From an uncultured Verrucomicrobiales bacterium (GTDB lineage Bacteria > Verrucomicrobiota > Verrucomicrobiia > Verrucomicrobiales > DEV007), in contig CALKOM010000101.1 in NCBI GenBank assembly GCA_938091905.1, positions 1 through 38,325 on the forward strand: a stretch of 38,325 nucleotides of DNA, written 5' to 3'. The notes beneath the pieces are model-generated. The model did not search any database. It was given only the letters and a program-made list of their open reading frames with translations, and was not told the origin of the DNA. This document shows, one piece after another, positions 9,290-19,697 of this stretch (the stretch's first letter is position 1; each line of letters opens with the position of its first letter). Both the position numbers and the translations under genes were made by a program.

Positions 9290-11574
9290 TTCTCAGTGGA
9301 AAGATGGCGCAACGATGGTGGATCATTCTCTGGTCTGCGTGCAGCGCGACGCTGCTGCCAGGCGAGATTTCCTATAACAAGGAGGTGCTTCCAATCTTAG
9401 CGAGCAAGTGCTTCGCTTGTCATGGTGCCGACGCTGCCAAGCGTGAGGCTGGGCTGCGTCTAGACAATCCAAAGGTGGCTTATGCTGAGCGCGATGGCGT
9501 GCGGGCCATTGTGCCGGGAGATCTCGAAGGAAGTGCCCTTGTCGCTCGCATCTTTGCTAAGAATGATGATGAGTTGATGCCACCTCAAGAGGAGAAGAAC
9601 GCACTGACTCCTCAAGAAAAGCGGATCCTGCATCAATGGATTACGGAAGGGGCTCGGTATGAGAAGCATTGGGCATTCACTGCTCCTTCCAAATCTGCTC
9701 CGCCAAAGGGAAGTCTATGGGGGCGAAATCCCATAGACCTGTTCATCGAAGCGCGCTTGCTCGCTGAGGGATTGAAACCTCAGCAAAGGGCGACCACGGT
9801 GAAACGACTTCGCCGCGTTAGCATGGATTTGTCAGGGTTGCCGCCCAATATCAAGGAGTTGGATTCCTTTCTGGATGACTCTTCGCCGAACGTGTATGAG
9901 CAATTCGTTGACCGTTTGTTAGCGTCACCACGTTACGGCGAGCGCATGGCAACTTGGTGGCTCGATAGTGCACGTTACGGTGACAGTCACGGCTATGACA
10001 ATGACCTGGAGAACGCGCAGTGGCCTTGGCGCAATTGGGTCCTTGAGGCTTTCAATTCCAATATGCCTTATGATCGCTTTACCATGGAGCAATTGGCAGG
10101 CGACCTCTTGCCCAATGCTCGTCATGATCAAATTCTGGCCACTGGGTTCAATCGCAATCACCGGATTCAGACTGAAGGTGGCGCCATTGATGAAGAATGG
10201 CGGACAGAGTATGTGATCGATCGAGTGGAGACCATGGGCACCGTCTTTCTCGGGCTCACGTTGAGCTGTGCGCGCTGTCATGACCATAAGTATGATCCTG
10301 TAAGTCAAAAGGAATTCTATCAGCTCTTTGCCTTGTTCAATCGTCTTGATGAGAAGGGATTCATCAACAACCTCCGCGGCAGTGCCAAGCCTCGCATGCG
10401 CTATCAGGCAACTCGCTTTGAAGCCGAGAGGAAAGGGATCGAAACGCAGGCAATCGACAATAACACGAAAGAACGCGCATTAGCGGCTCTTGAACAACGT
10501 TATCCGCATGTCATGATCATGCGTGACGAGATTCCTCGCCAGACCTTTGTGCTCAATCGAGGGCAGTATGATTCTCCAGGGACAGCAGTCGAGCCCGGGC
10601 TCCCAACGAGCTTTTCTCCACGACCTGAAGGCAGTCACTTGACACGCCTAGATTTGGCAAATTGGTTAGTAAATGATGACCACCCACTCGTTGCGAGAGT
10701 GGTGGTCAATCGGCTTTGGGAACAGCTGTTTGGCACTGGCATTGTGAAGAGTTCAGAGAACTTGGGGGTCCAAGCTGATTGGCCGAGCCATCCTGCGTTA
10801 CTCGATTGGTTAGCGGTCGACTTTGTGGAATCGAGATGGAACATGAAACGCTTACTACGACAACTCGTAACGAGCGCCACCTACCAACAGCGCGCTGTTT
10901 ACGATGCCGTCAGCTTGGAACGTGATCCAAACAACCGATGGCTCAGCCGAGGGCCTCGCGTCCGCTTGCAGGCCGAGATGATCCGTGACCAGGCCTTATT
11001 TGTTTCAGGCATGTTGGTGGAAGAATTAGGAGGCAGCAGCGCGTGGGTGTATCAACCCGATGGACTCTGGGAAGAAGTTGAGAAACGCGGGACGTTTGTC
11101 CAGGATCATGGCAGAAAACTCTATCGTCGCAGTCTCTACTCCCGCATTCGGCGTACGGTAGCACCGCCTAGCATGTTACTTTTTGACATGCCCAGCCGCG
11201 AACAGTGTCAGGTGAAGCGGGCGTCCACGAACACCCCCCTGCAAGCACTCGCTCTGATGAATGAGGTTACTTATGTCGAAGCCGCCAAGAAGTTCGCTGA
11301 ACGCATGAGGCGTCATGAGGGAAGCGCTCGTGAACGCATTACGTGGGGCTTTCGCCAGGCCACCTCACGCTACGCCACGTCTAAGGAGATGACTATTCTG
11401 TTGGATGGCTATGAGCGTCGCCTGAAACGTTATCGGGAAGACCCTGGGAGTGCTAGCAAACTCTTGGATCAAGGAGAGGCGCCCATGGTAACAGACCTAC
11501 CGAAGCCAGAAATGGCAGCACTCACAACGGTCGCTTCGGCAATTCTTAACCTCGACGAATTGATGAATCGATGA
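9286..11574 (+). CDS. PSCyt1 cytochrome c + DUF1549 + DUF1553 (PSD1) protein
   Basis: CFACHG...[65 protein letters not shown] and TNTPLQALALMN. The ATG overlaps the upstream TGA (ATGA). Confidence 0.95.
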   Translation: MILSGKMAQRWWIILWSACSATLLPGEISYNKEVLPILASKCFACHGADAAKREAGLRLDNPKVAYAERDGVRAIVPGDLEGSALVARIFAKNDDELMPPQEEKNALTPQEKRILHQWITEGARYEKHWAFTAPSKSAPPKGSLWGRNPIDLFIEARLLAEGLKPQQRATTVKRLRRVSMDLSGLPPNIKELDSFLDDSSPNVYEQFVDRLLASPRYGERMATWWLDSARYGDSHGYDNDLENAQWPWRNWVLEAFNSNMPYDRFTMEQLAGDLLPNARHDQILATGFNRNHRIQTEGGAIDEEWRTEYVIDRVETMGTVFLGLTLSCARCHDHKYDPVSQKEFYQLFALFNRLDEKGFINNLRGSAKPRMRYQATRFEAERKGIETQAIDNNTKERALAALEQRYPHVMIMRDEIPRQTFVLNRGQYDSPGTAVEPGLPTSFSPRPEGSHLTRLDLANWLVNDDHPLVARVVVNRLWEQLFGTGIVKSSENLGVQADWPSHPALLDWLAVDFVESRWNMKRLLRQLVTSATYQQRAVYDAVSLERDPNNRWLSRGPRVRLQAEMIRDQALFVSGMLVEELGGSSAWVYQPDGLWEEVEKRGTFVQDHGRKLYRRSLYSRIRRTVAPPSMLLFDMPSREQCQVKRASTNTPLQALALMNEVTYVEAAKKFAERMRRHEGSARERITWGFRQATSRYATSKEMTILLDGYERRLKRYREDPGSASKLLDQGEAPMVTDLPKPEMAALTTVASAILNLDELMNR

Positions 11575-12992
11575 GGCAAGACAACGTTCCTATTTTAGAG
11601 ATGAGTCGACGAGCCTTTCTGCATTCATCGGCTCATGGATTGGGTTTAGCTGCCTTGGGTTCGCTTCTAAATTCTGGCCAAACCTCGGCCATGGCCTCAT
11701 CGCAGCATGCGCCGAGTGCCAAGCGTGTGATCTCCCTTTTTCAATCGGGCGGGCCCTCACAAATAGATCTCTTTGATCCGAAACCTAACTTGCAGCAAGA
11801 ACGCGGCAAGGAATTGCCCGCCTCCATTCGAGGCAACCAGCGAATCACTACCATGACCTCGAAGCAGGAGGCTTTGCCCATCTTGCCGAGTCCCTATCAG
11901 TTTGTTAAAAACGGTCAAAGTGGCATCGACATGAGCGAACTGCTGCCGCATTTGGGTCGTGTGGCAGATGAGCTTTGCCTCATCCGTTCCATGCACACCG
12001 AGGCGATCAACCATGACCCGGCGATCACCTTTTTCCAAACAGGGTTTCCATTAGCGGGGCGGCCTGCCATCGGTTCGTGGGCCTCCTATGGCTTGGGAAC
12101 GCTCAATGCCAATCTTCCAGCCTATCTCGTGCTCACCTCACGGTCCACGGCAGGGGGTGCGCAACCTTTGTACAGCCGACTATGGAATGCGGGATTCCTC
12201 CCCACGGAGCACTCAGGCGTGAAGCTTCGTAATACAGGAGACCCTGTTTACTATCTAGCAGACCCACCAGGAATCGACCGTGCGATGCGCCGGGATATCT
12301 TGAACGATATCGCCGCGTTGAACCGGGCCCAGCATGCGGTGATCGGTGATCCGGAGATCGAGTCGCGTATCACGCAGTATGAGATGGCCTTTCGCATGCA
12401 GGCGAGCGTGCCAGAGTTGGCTGACATTTCAGATGAGCCCGAGAGTGTTTTGAAGCTTTATGGTCCGAATGTCAGGAAACCTGGCAGCTTTGCGAGAAAT
12501 TGTCTTCTTGCGCGCCGACTAGCGGAGCGCGATGTGCGCTTTGTGCAACTCTTTCACATGGGATGGGATCAGCATTCCAAGCTCACCGAAGCCCTTGCTC
12601 GGCAGTGTCTTGATACGGAACAACCGACCGCCGGTCTCATCCAGGACCTCAAGCAGCGCGGCCTGTTAGACGACACCTTGGTGGTGTGGGGCGGCGAGTT
12701 CGGACGCACGGTTTATGCTCAGGATCCTGGAGAGAAAGCGGGGCGCGACCATCATCCACGCTGCTTCACGCAATTGATGTGTGGTGGCGGCGTGAAAGGT
12801 GGGCACGTGCACGGGGCCACAGATGACTTCTGCTACAACATTACGGAGAGTCCCGTTCACGTACATGATCTCAATGCGACTATCATGCATTTGCTAGGAA
12901 TCGATCACAAGCGATTGACCTACCGGTTCCAAGGTCGTGATTACCGATTGACCGATGTTCACGGTGACGTAGTCAACGGTATTCTCGGCTAA
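11571..12992 (+). CDS. DUF1501 family protein (alkaline-phosphatase/sulfatase-fold), Tat signal
   Basis: SRRAFL Tat motif, GGPSQIDLFDPKP, AINHDPA, GWDQH, GEFGRT and GRDHHP. ATGA overlap with the upstream gene. Confidence 0.95.
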   Translation: MRQDNVPILEMSRRAFLHSSAHGLGLAALGSLLNSGQTSAMASSQHAPSAKRVISLFQSGGPSQIDLFDPKPNLQQERGKELPASIRGNQRITTMTSKQEALPILPSPYQFVKNGQSGIDMSELLPHLGRVADELCLIRSMHTEAINHDPAITFFQTGFPLAGRPAIGSWASYGLGTLNANLPAYLVLTSRSTAGGAQPLYSRLWNAGFLPTEHSGVKLRNTGDPVYYLADPPGIDRAMRRDILNDIAALNRAQHAVIGDPEIESRITQYEMAFRMQASVPELADISDEPESVLKLYGPNVRKPGSFARNCLLARRLAERDVRFVQLFHMGWDQHSKLTEALARQCLDTEQPTAGLIQDLKQRGLLDDTLVVWGGEFGRTVYAQDPGEKAGRDHHPRCFTQLMCGGGVKGGHVHGATDDFCYNITESPVHVHDLNATIMHLLGIDHKRLTYRFQGRDYRLTDVHGDVVNGILG

Positions 12993-13011
12993 CATCCAAA
13001 GCTCTCATATC

Positions 13012-15723
13012 ATGCTACGCCTCCACTTTCTCATGCTCATGTGCTTCACTAACTTGCACAGGCTTGACGCTGGCGATTGGAAACCAACGCAAGAACCACG
13101 ATCTATTCCCCCCTCGCTCTTTGGAACGATCGATCCGTCGTTGGAAGTGACCATCTGGGCTAGCACTCCGCTTCTTCATAACCCGACGAACATGGACATC
13201 GATCACGCGGGTCGAATCTGGGTCGCCGAGGGCGTCAACTATCGGGGAAGAAAGGGAACACGCCCTGCAGGAGATCGCATCGTGGTTCTGCAAGACACCA
13301 ACAGCGACGGGAAATGCGACAGTTCCCACACATTCGTACAAGAACCCGGACTTATCTCCCCACTCGGCGTAGCAGTCATAGACAACGTCGTCTATGTTTC
13401 GCAGCCTCCAGATCTCCTGGCGTATACTGATGTCGATCGCAATCTGAGATTTGATCCCAAGATCGATAAACGTGAGGTCATCCTTACAGGATTCAATGCG
13501 ATTAATCATGATCACGGTTTGCATTCCCTCATCGCAGGTCCCGACGGGAAGTTCTATTTCAACAATGGCAATTGCGGCGCCGTCTTTACCGACAAGTCTG
13601 GGAAAACCTTCTACATGGGTGGCACCTACGGTGGCGATGGGCCAAATTGGCCAGCGGACCATCTTCGCAACACCGGCAGAATCTCCGGTGACGGCCATGT
13701 TTGGACGTCCGGGTTCGCTGTAAGGATGGATCCCGACGGCTCGAACGTTGAAATCGTTAGTCATGGCTTGCGCAATTCTTACGAACAGACGCTGACTTCG
13801 TTCGGCGATATGTTCCAGAATGACAACGACGACCCACGTGCTTGCCGCACCACCTTCGCCCTTGAGTATGGCTGCGCCGGCTATTTCACACGCGATGGCA
13901 AGCAGCGCAACAAGATGGTCAAACGCCCCGAACAGGCTTATGATAGAGTCCACTGGCGACAAGACGACCCAGGCACCATGGATGCCGGTGACGTATACGG
14001 GGGCGGGGCTCCGACTGGGATCACGTTTTATGAGAACGGCGTGCTCGACCCCAAGTGGAACGGCCTCCTTTTGAGTGGTGAGGCCGCGCTTAACACTATT
14101 CTCGGCTATCAGCCAACACCCAAGGGCGGCACCTTCGCGCTTAAGCGCTTCGATTTCGTCACCACCAACCCCGAGAAGGAATTCGAAGGAGCCGACTTTG
14201 CCGGTCCTCCGAAGAACGGCACTGGCATTTCAGCAAAACACTTTCGCCCCAGCGATGTCACCGTTGGCTCCGATGGCGCGATCTATTTCTGTGATTGGTT
14301 TGACCCGCGTGTCGGTGCCTCTAGTCACTTAGACGAGTCCTTCTCCGGCACCATTTATCGGATTGCTCCACCAGGCTTCAAACCTGTCATTCCCACCATC
14401 GATCTCGCTACTACAGAGGGTCAGATCAAGGCTCTATGCAGCCCGGCCATTCATACTAGGTACCTCGGCTTTCGTGCCCTTAAAGCGCAAGGAGCAACGG
14501 CCTTTTCATCTGTCAAGGAGCTCCTCGAAGACGAGAATCCCTGGATCGCTGCCCGTGCGGTGTGGCTCCTGCCCTATCTTGGAGACCAGGGTTTAAAGGC
14601 TTGTATCGGCTTCTTAACACATGAGCGATCCCAACAGCGCGTAGTCGCTTACAGATCCCTGCGACGGTCTGGGCAAGACATGGTGCCGCATGCTCACCAG
14701 ATGTGCACGGACCAATCACCACAAGTCCGTCGAGAGGTCGCCCTATCATTACGCGACATCCCTGCCGCTCGCACCACGGATATCTTCGTCGAACTCGCCA
14801 AACGCTGCGACACCTCCGACAAAAATTCCCTGGAAGCCATCGGGCTCGGTGCCGCAAAGCAAGAGAGTATTATTTGGAAAGCGATTAAAAAAGGTCTCAA
14901 ACCAGGGAGGCCTTCCGAATGGTCCGACAATTTTGCTCGACTAACATGGCGACTTTGGGGAGCTGCCTCCATAGAAAGTCTCAAAATGCGTGCCCAGAAC
15001 CCTTCGCTTTCGCATGACCAACGCAAACTCGCCGTGGAATCAATTGGCTTTATCGATGACGCTCACGCCGCGAATACCATGCTTGAATTGGCTTCTAACA
15101 GATCCCCGTTGAAAGGCGAAGCCACTGCTTGGCTCATGCGGAATCTCACTGGCGAATGGGCTAAGTATGACATCGCCAAAGGCCTCAAAGAAAAAGGCAT
15201 CTACGACCCGGCTGCCATCGTCGTCACCGCCTCCCCTTTACCCGAACCAACCACTGACGCCAAACAGCCTACCGTAGAAGAGGTCCTGAGTCTCAAGGGA
15301 GACGCTACCCGGGGTCAACTTGCGGCCACGACCCGCTGCGTCCTCTGTCACCAGATCGGCGATAACGGGACAGATTATGGACCAAACCTCAAAGGCTGGG
15401 GTGTGAACCAAGAGCGCGAGTCTATCGTGCGTGCTATTGCCGAACCTTCTGCCGGTATCGCCCACGGCTACATGGGCACCGAGATCATCCTCAAAGACGG
15501 TAGAATCATCCACGGGATCGCCTTCAACAACAGCCCACTCTGGATGGACGGCGCACTTCCAACTGTCATTCAGTCTGCCGGCGGCCTAACACAACTCATC
15601 CCCAATATCCGCATTGAGAAGAAGCATGAATTCAAGCGTTCACTAATGTTCGATCCGGCGACCCTTGGTCTATCAGCGCAGGACATCGCCAACATCGCGG
15701 CATGGTTGCGAGACTATCGTTAA
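13012..15723 (+). CDS. PVC-type heme-binding CxxCH protein (glucose/sorbosone-dehydrogenase-like propeller + HEAT repeats + cytochrome c)
   Basis: NPTNMDIDHAGRIWVAEGVNYR, HDHGLH..GPDG, GLRNSYE, FQNDND and FRPSDV; a helical middle region; C-terminal GDATRG...CVLCH...GPNL...PSAGIAHGY. Confidence 0.92.
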   Translation: MLRLHFLMLMCFTNLHRLDAGDWKPTQEPRSIPPSLFGTIDPSLEVTIWASTPLLHNPTNMDIDHAGRIWVAEGVNYRGRKGTRPAGDRIVVLQDTNSDGKCDSSHTFVQEPGLISPLGVAVIDNVVYVSQPPDLLAYTDVDRNLRFDPKIDKREVILTGFNAINHDHGLHSLIAGPDGKFYFNNGNCGAVFTDKSGKTFYMGGTYGGDGPNWPADHLRNTGRISGDGHVWTSGFAVRMDPDGSNVEIVSHGLRNSYEQTLTSFGDMFQNDNDDPRACRTTFALEYGCAGYFTRDGKQRNKMVKRPEQAYDRVHWRQDDPGTMDAGDVYGGGAPTGITFYENGVLDPKWNGLLLSGEAALNTILGYQPTPKGGTFALKRFDFVTTNPEKEFEGADFAGPPKNGTGISAKHFRPSDVTVGSDGAIYFCDWFDPRVGASSHLDESFSGTIYRIAPPGFKPVIPTIDLATTEGQIKALCSPAIHTRYLGFRALKAQGATAFSSVKELLEDENPWIAARAVWLLPYLGDQGLKACIGFLTHERSQQRVVAYRSLRRSGQDMVPHAHQMCTDQSPQVRREVALSLRDIPAARTTDIFVELAKRCDTSDKNSLEAIGLGAAKQESIIWKAIKKGLKPGRPSEWSDNFARLTWRLWGAASIESLKMRAQNPSLSHDQRKLAVESIGFIDDAHAANTMLELASNRSPLKGEATAWLMRNLTGEWAKYDIAKGLKEKGIYDPAAIVVTASPLPEPTTDAKQPTVEEVLSLKGDATRGQLAATTRCVLCHQIGDNGTDYGPNLKGWGVNQERESIVRAIAEPSAGIAHGYMGTEIILKDGRIIHGIAFNNSPLWMDGALPTVIQSAGGLTQLIPNIRIEKKHEFKRSLMFDPATLGLSAQDIANIAAWLRDYR

Positions 15724-15788
15724 CTTGCAGATTCATAGCAGTGCCCCTGTCGCCGATTGTAATTCGATGACGACTACAGTCATTGCAC

Positions 15789-17951
15789 CTACTTAATCTC
15801 TAGCAGCAGCACTTCGTGCACATTCTCGATGAGTGCGGTGACCTCGTACCCGTTCACGCGCATGCTAGTCTTGGAATCAATGGCAGTAACTCTGCTTGGC
15901 TGGTCACGACTGTGAATATGAACGCGGAAGAGCGGGGTGTCTTCCATCATGGTCGGCAACACTGCCGGACGGCCGGTGATGGGCGTCGCCGCCGAAGGTT
16001 CGATTCTTGCAATGAAATGAACTCGTATTGTATCGCCTTCGCGAGTAACGACCGATTCTACAAAGGACGGTGCAGTCACAGAGATCATCGGTTCTGGCAA
16101 AAGGTAACGTACAGCATTCGGCAGGAGCTGACGCGCCTCGGTGATATGGAACTCGCTCGTGGCCGCCTCGCCAGGAGAACAAGCGAGGGTGACAACCTTA
16201 CCCCTTCCAACCTGATTGACTAGGATTGCAGGGCCCGACGAATTTGCTGTATCCGCCGACATAGGAAAGTGGGTGGCCTCCTTACCCTCACGTTGCATCA
16301 CTGTCCGATGTGGTGGGAGCAGTTCGCCGTAGGCCTTAGCGGTGACCGGTTCGTATACCACTGACTTTCCTTGGACTAGGAATGGCCAGCCAGCGGAAAT
16401 GCCATTGGCGAAAGGCGAATCGCTCTCGGTCTTCTTGAAGCGGAAATGGTTGTCCATCGAATCCAGTGTTCGTTTCCAACGTCCCCCTATAAGGTGCTCT
16501 AAAACAGACGTTTCGAGACAATTGCCATAGCGATCATGAAGGCCGGTGGCACCGGTGATAATCAAGTTGCCTCCCGCTTCCACATACGCAGTCAGAGCAG
16601 TGACTTCGCCCTCCAATAGGATGCCGATATTCGGCAGCACGATCACAGGAAACGACCGCAAACGATCAAGCCCCGCATTCTCATCGAGAACAATGCCCCA
16701 AGGCACGTGGGCGTAGGCGAGTGCCTTGTGCGCACCGAGCGTTCCCTGCCAAGCTTGGGCTGCGTTCTCGCGCCCTAACCAGTCACGGGTGCGATGTGAG
16801 AAATAGATCCCAACATCCGCATGCAGCGGTTGCCCAAAGTGCTTCCGCTTCTCGTTGGCCTCCTGGAACACCTTCGCGAGTCTTTGGTAGAACACCGGAT
16901 CGAGCCAGCCATCATAGGCCGTCTTGTCGACCATGGTGCCAAACGCTCCGTGCGCCAACAAAGTCATGGTTTCCCAGCGCATGTCGTTCAGAGGGCGTGT
17001 CGTTTGATCGTGATAGTGCCGCACGCCACGCTGCATCACCACCTGAACGCGACGATCGCTTGCAGTCGCCCGATAAAACTCCGCATTGAAACCGACGCCC
17101 AAGGCACTGAAAGCCCACTGACCGGTCTCGCCGGTGATGAAATCTCCCGTCACCCCGTGCTGCACAGGTCGCTGTCCTACTTCAAAGGAGAAAGGTGGAT
17201 TGCCGTGATAATTGAAATCGACCGACGTGCCCGGCCAAGTCTCTTTCACATACTGGTCAAGGGCCGTTTCAAATGCGGCACTGCTGTCATATCGAAACTC
17301 CATCATCTTCTCCCACTCCGCATCCCAACTCAATGCCTTAGGCATTGCATGCCCGTAATTATTTTCAAATTTAGCTTGACAATGTTCGCACCAGCATCCG
17401 TAGGGAGGCCCAAATCCTTGGTCGACCATATCTAGGTGAAATCCATCGATCTCGTAGGACATCATCTCGGCGAGAAGCTGCTTCACATAGTCGATGTAAG
17501 GTGAGTTGAAACAGACTCTCTCAATGGGCTTCCCATCCTTGTCTCGCATGCGCCAATCCGGGTGCTCATGCAAGGTGTGTGTCGGGTATTGCAACACGCA
17601 ATAGGCGATCACGGGCATCTCATGAGCTTTCGCGGACTCAACCGTTTCGCGCAGCACATCACGTTTCCCCAATCCTGGGGCCTTTGGCTGAAGCTTCGAA
17701 TCGTAGTAGGCGTAGACACCGTCTCTTGCCCAGATTACCATGTAATCGCAATGTGCAGCCACTGCTTTCTCGATGCATTCCCTCCCATCGAACCGAGCCA
17801 CGTAGCCGGTATCGACGATATCGCTGCCAAACTGGGCACCGGTCGGTCCCGTCTCAATGCCGACTAGCGCCCGCTCATACCATGGAGCCTCTTGGCAATA
17901 TGCATGGAATACACTGCAGCAAATGAATGCTAGTGATAAAATTGACTTCAT
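15789..17951 (-). CDS. GHL6-like (alpha-L-fucosidase/GH42-related) glycoside hydrolase with beta-galactosidase trimerization-like domain
   Basis: Signal peptide, TIM-barrel motifs IWARDGVYAYYDS, CFNSPY, IDGFHLDM and CWCEHC, and C-terminal VIVLPN...YVEAGGNLIITG. Start could be 17990 or 17951. Confidence 0.8.
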   Translation of the reverse strand: MKSILSLAFICCSVFHAYCQEAPWYERALVGIETGPTGAQFGSDIVDTGYVARFDGRECIEKAVAAHCDYMVIWARDGVYAYYDSKLQPKAPGLGKRDVLRETVESAKAHEMPVIAYCVLQYPTHTLHEHPDWRMRDKDGKPIERVCFNSPYIDYVKQLLAEMMSYEIDGFHLDMVDQGFGPPYGCWCEHCQAKFENNYGHAMPKALSWDAEWEKMMEFRYDSSAAFETALDQYVKETWPGTSVDFNYHGNPPFSFEVGQRPVQHGVTGDFITGETGQWAFSALGVGFNAEFYRATASDRRVQVVMQRGVRHYHDQTTRPLNDMRWETMTLLAHGAFGTMVDKTAYDGWLDPVFYQRLAKVFQEANEKRKHFGQPLHADVGIYFSHRTRDWLGRENAAQAWQGTLGAHKALAYAHVPWGIVLDENAGLDRLRSFPVIVLPNIGILLEGEVTALTAYVEAGGNLIITGATGLHDRYGNCLETSVLEHLIGGRWKRTLDSMDNHFRFKKTESDSPFANGISAGWPFLVQGKSVVYEPVTAKAYGELLPPHRTVMQREGKEATHFPMSADTANSSGPAILVNQVGRGKVVTLACSPGEAATSEFHITEARQLLPNAVRYLLPEPMISVTAPSFVESVVTREGDTIRVHFIARIEPSAATPITGRPAVLPTMMEDTPLFRVHIHSRDQPSRVTAIDSKTSMRVNGYEVTALIENVHEVLLLEIK

Positions 17952-18046
17952 AGATGTTGCGGCGCTCAATCCAAAGCTGCACCAGATCATAGCAATACAT
18001 AAAGCCTCACTTTAACAAACTCGATCTTTGCAAAACCTCACACACC

Positions 18047-18117
18047 AAAGGCCGGATCGCGCTCGTGAGGGAGATCATCGGTCAATGTTGGCTCGCTCCA
18101 CGAGTGCTTGGCCCTAC
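18047..18117. repeat. GTAG-type REP doublet (REPIN-like) with one degenerate arm
   Basis: The - strand at 18117-18090 reads GTAGGGCCAAGCACTCGTGGAGCGAGCC, with an internal CTCG..CGAG hairpin. An inverted degenerate copy (AAAGGCCGGATCGCGCTCGTGAGGGAG) lies at 18047-18073, and together they form a long imperfect stem-loop. Confidence 0.55.
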
Positions 18118-18209
18118 CTCGCCATTCACCCCTGCGACAAGCACGAACTAAGAAAGACCTGTAAGCGTTAGTCTGGTGGCGTTGACTGGCAGTCGAAAAA
18201 CAGGCCTAC

Positions 18210-19670
18210 CTAAGCGAGGATCTTTTTAATCACACGCATCGGCTCCACGCCAGTTAGGCGCTGGTCGAGTCCCTGGTAGCGGTAGGTGAATTGCTCATGG
18301 TTGATTCCGAGACAGTGGAGGATGGTGGCGTTGATCTCGTTGATGTGCACCTCGTCCGAAACCGGGTTGTAGGAGAACTCATCGGTCTCGCCGACCTCCA
18401 CGCCGCCTTTAATCCCGCCACCAGCGAGCCACATGCAGAAGTTACGTGGGTGGTGATCACGACCATAGCGTTCGCGAGTCAGTTTGCCCTGGCAGTATAC
18501 GGTACGGCCGAATTCCCCTCCCCAAATCACGAGCGTGTCGTCTAGCATGCCGCGCTGCTTGAGGTCAGTGACGAGAGCGGCGCAAGCCTGGTCAGTGTCC
18601 AGGCATTGATTCCCCAACTCCCTCGGCAGGTTGCCGTGCGAATCCCAACCACGGTGCAGGATCTGCACCATGCGCACGCCGCGTTCCACTAGTCGCCGCG
18701 CCAGCAGAGCGCTGCGAGTGAAAGATCCCGGCGTCTCGACTCTTTCGCCGTAAAGGTCCTTGATCGCCTTGGATTCCTGGCTCAGGTCCGTTAATTCTGG
18801 CACGCTGCTCTGCATGCGATAAGCCATCTCATACTGCGAGATTCGAGTTTGGATATCCGGGTCGCCAAACTTCGCGAAACCGCGTTGGTTGAGTTTACCG
18901 AGGGTATCTAACATGGCGCGACGATCGACCGGGCTCACGCCGGGCGGGTTGTCGAGGTAAAGGACCGGATCCGCGCCCGGACGGAGCACGACACCCGAAT
19001 ACTTCCCTGGCAGAAACCCAGAACCCCACATGCGGCTGTAGAGCGCTTGGGCATTCGAGCCTTTGGGGAAGTTTGGCACGAGAGAAACGAAGGCCGGAAG
19101 GTCGTTCGTTTCCGCGCCAAGCCCGTAGCTGACCCACGATCCCATGCTTGGCTTGCCAGGAACTTCGCTTCCCGTCATAACAAAGGTACACGCTGGGTCG
19201 TGATTGATGGCGTTGGTGTAGACCGACTTCACCACGGCAATGTCGTCGGCAATCTTGGCGGTGTGCGGCAAGAGTTCGCTGACCCACCTTCCGGATTGGC
19301 CGTGCTGGGTAAACTTGTACTTCGACGGCGCTACCGGGAATGTGCCCTGTCCGCTCGTCATGGTAGTGATGCGGTCTCCGAGGAAATCCTTGGGCAACAC
19401 CTTGTCGAACTGCTTGTGGAGATCTGGCTTGTAGTCCCAGGTGTCTAACTGCGACGGCCCGCCGTTCATGTGAAGGTAGATGATCGACTTCGCCTTGCCT
19501 GCGAAGTGCGGCAGATCGGATAGAGCGGGATGCACCGCTGATCCAACTGCCCGGCTGCGGTCTTGCGAGGCAAGCAATGAAGCCAGAGCAATGCCGCCAA
19601 GACGAATGCCTGTGTCGCCGAAGAACTGACGGCGAGTCTGCAGGAGTTGCTGTTCAAAGAGTGGGTTCAT
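18210..19670 (-). CDS. DUF1501 family protein, Tat signal
   Basis: [37 protein letters not shown] and GRDHHP. Confidence 0.95.
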   Translation of the reverse strand: MNPLFEQQLLQTRRQFFGDTGIRLGGIALASLLASQDRSRAVGSAVHPALSDLPHFAGKAKSIIYLHMNGGPSQLDTWDYKPDLHKQFDKVLPKDFLGDRITTMTSGQGTFPVAPSKYKFTQHGQSGRWVSELLPHTAKIADDIAVVKSVYTNAINHDPACTFVMTGSEVPGKPSMGSWVSYGLGAETNDLPAFVSLVPNFPKGSNAQALYSRMWGSGFLPGKYSGVVLRPGADPVLYLDNPPGVSPVDRRAMLDTLGKLNQRGFAKFGDPDIQTRISQYEMAYRMQSSVPELTDLSQESKAIKDLYGERVETPGSFTRSALLARRLVERGVRMVQILHRGWDSHGNLPRELGNQCLDTDQACAALVTDLKQRGMLDDTLVIWGGEFGRTVYCQGKLTRERYGRDHHPRNFCMWLAGGGIKGGVEVGETDEFSYNPVSDEVHINEINATILHCLGINHEQFTYRYQGLDQRLTGVEPMRVIKKILA

Positions 19671-19697
19671 GGTGTGTGAATGCTTGAGTGGTCGCGC

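Noticed and set aside
13015..13962. 315-aa antisense ORF
   Set aside because: It lies wholly opposite a well-supported gene and has no recognisable motifs, as expected for a shadow ORF.
15752..15782. Imperfect hairpin between convergent genes as a terminator
   Set aside because: The stem is weak and mismatched and has no U-tract, so it is not supportable.
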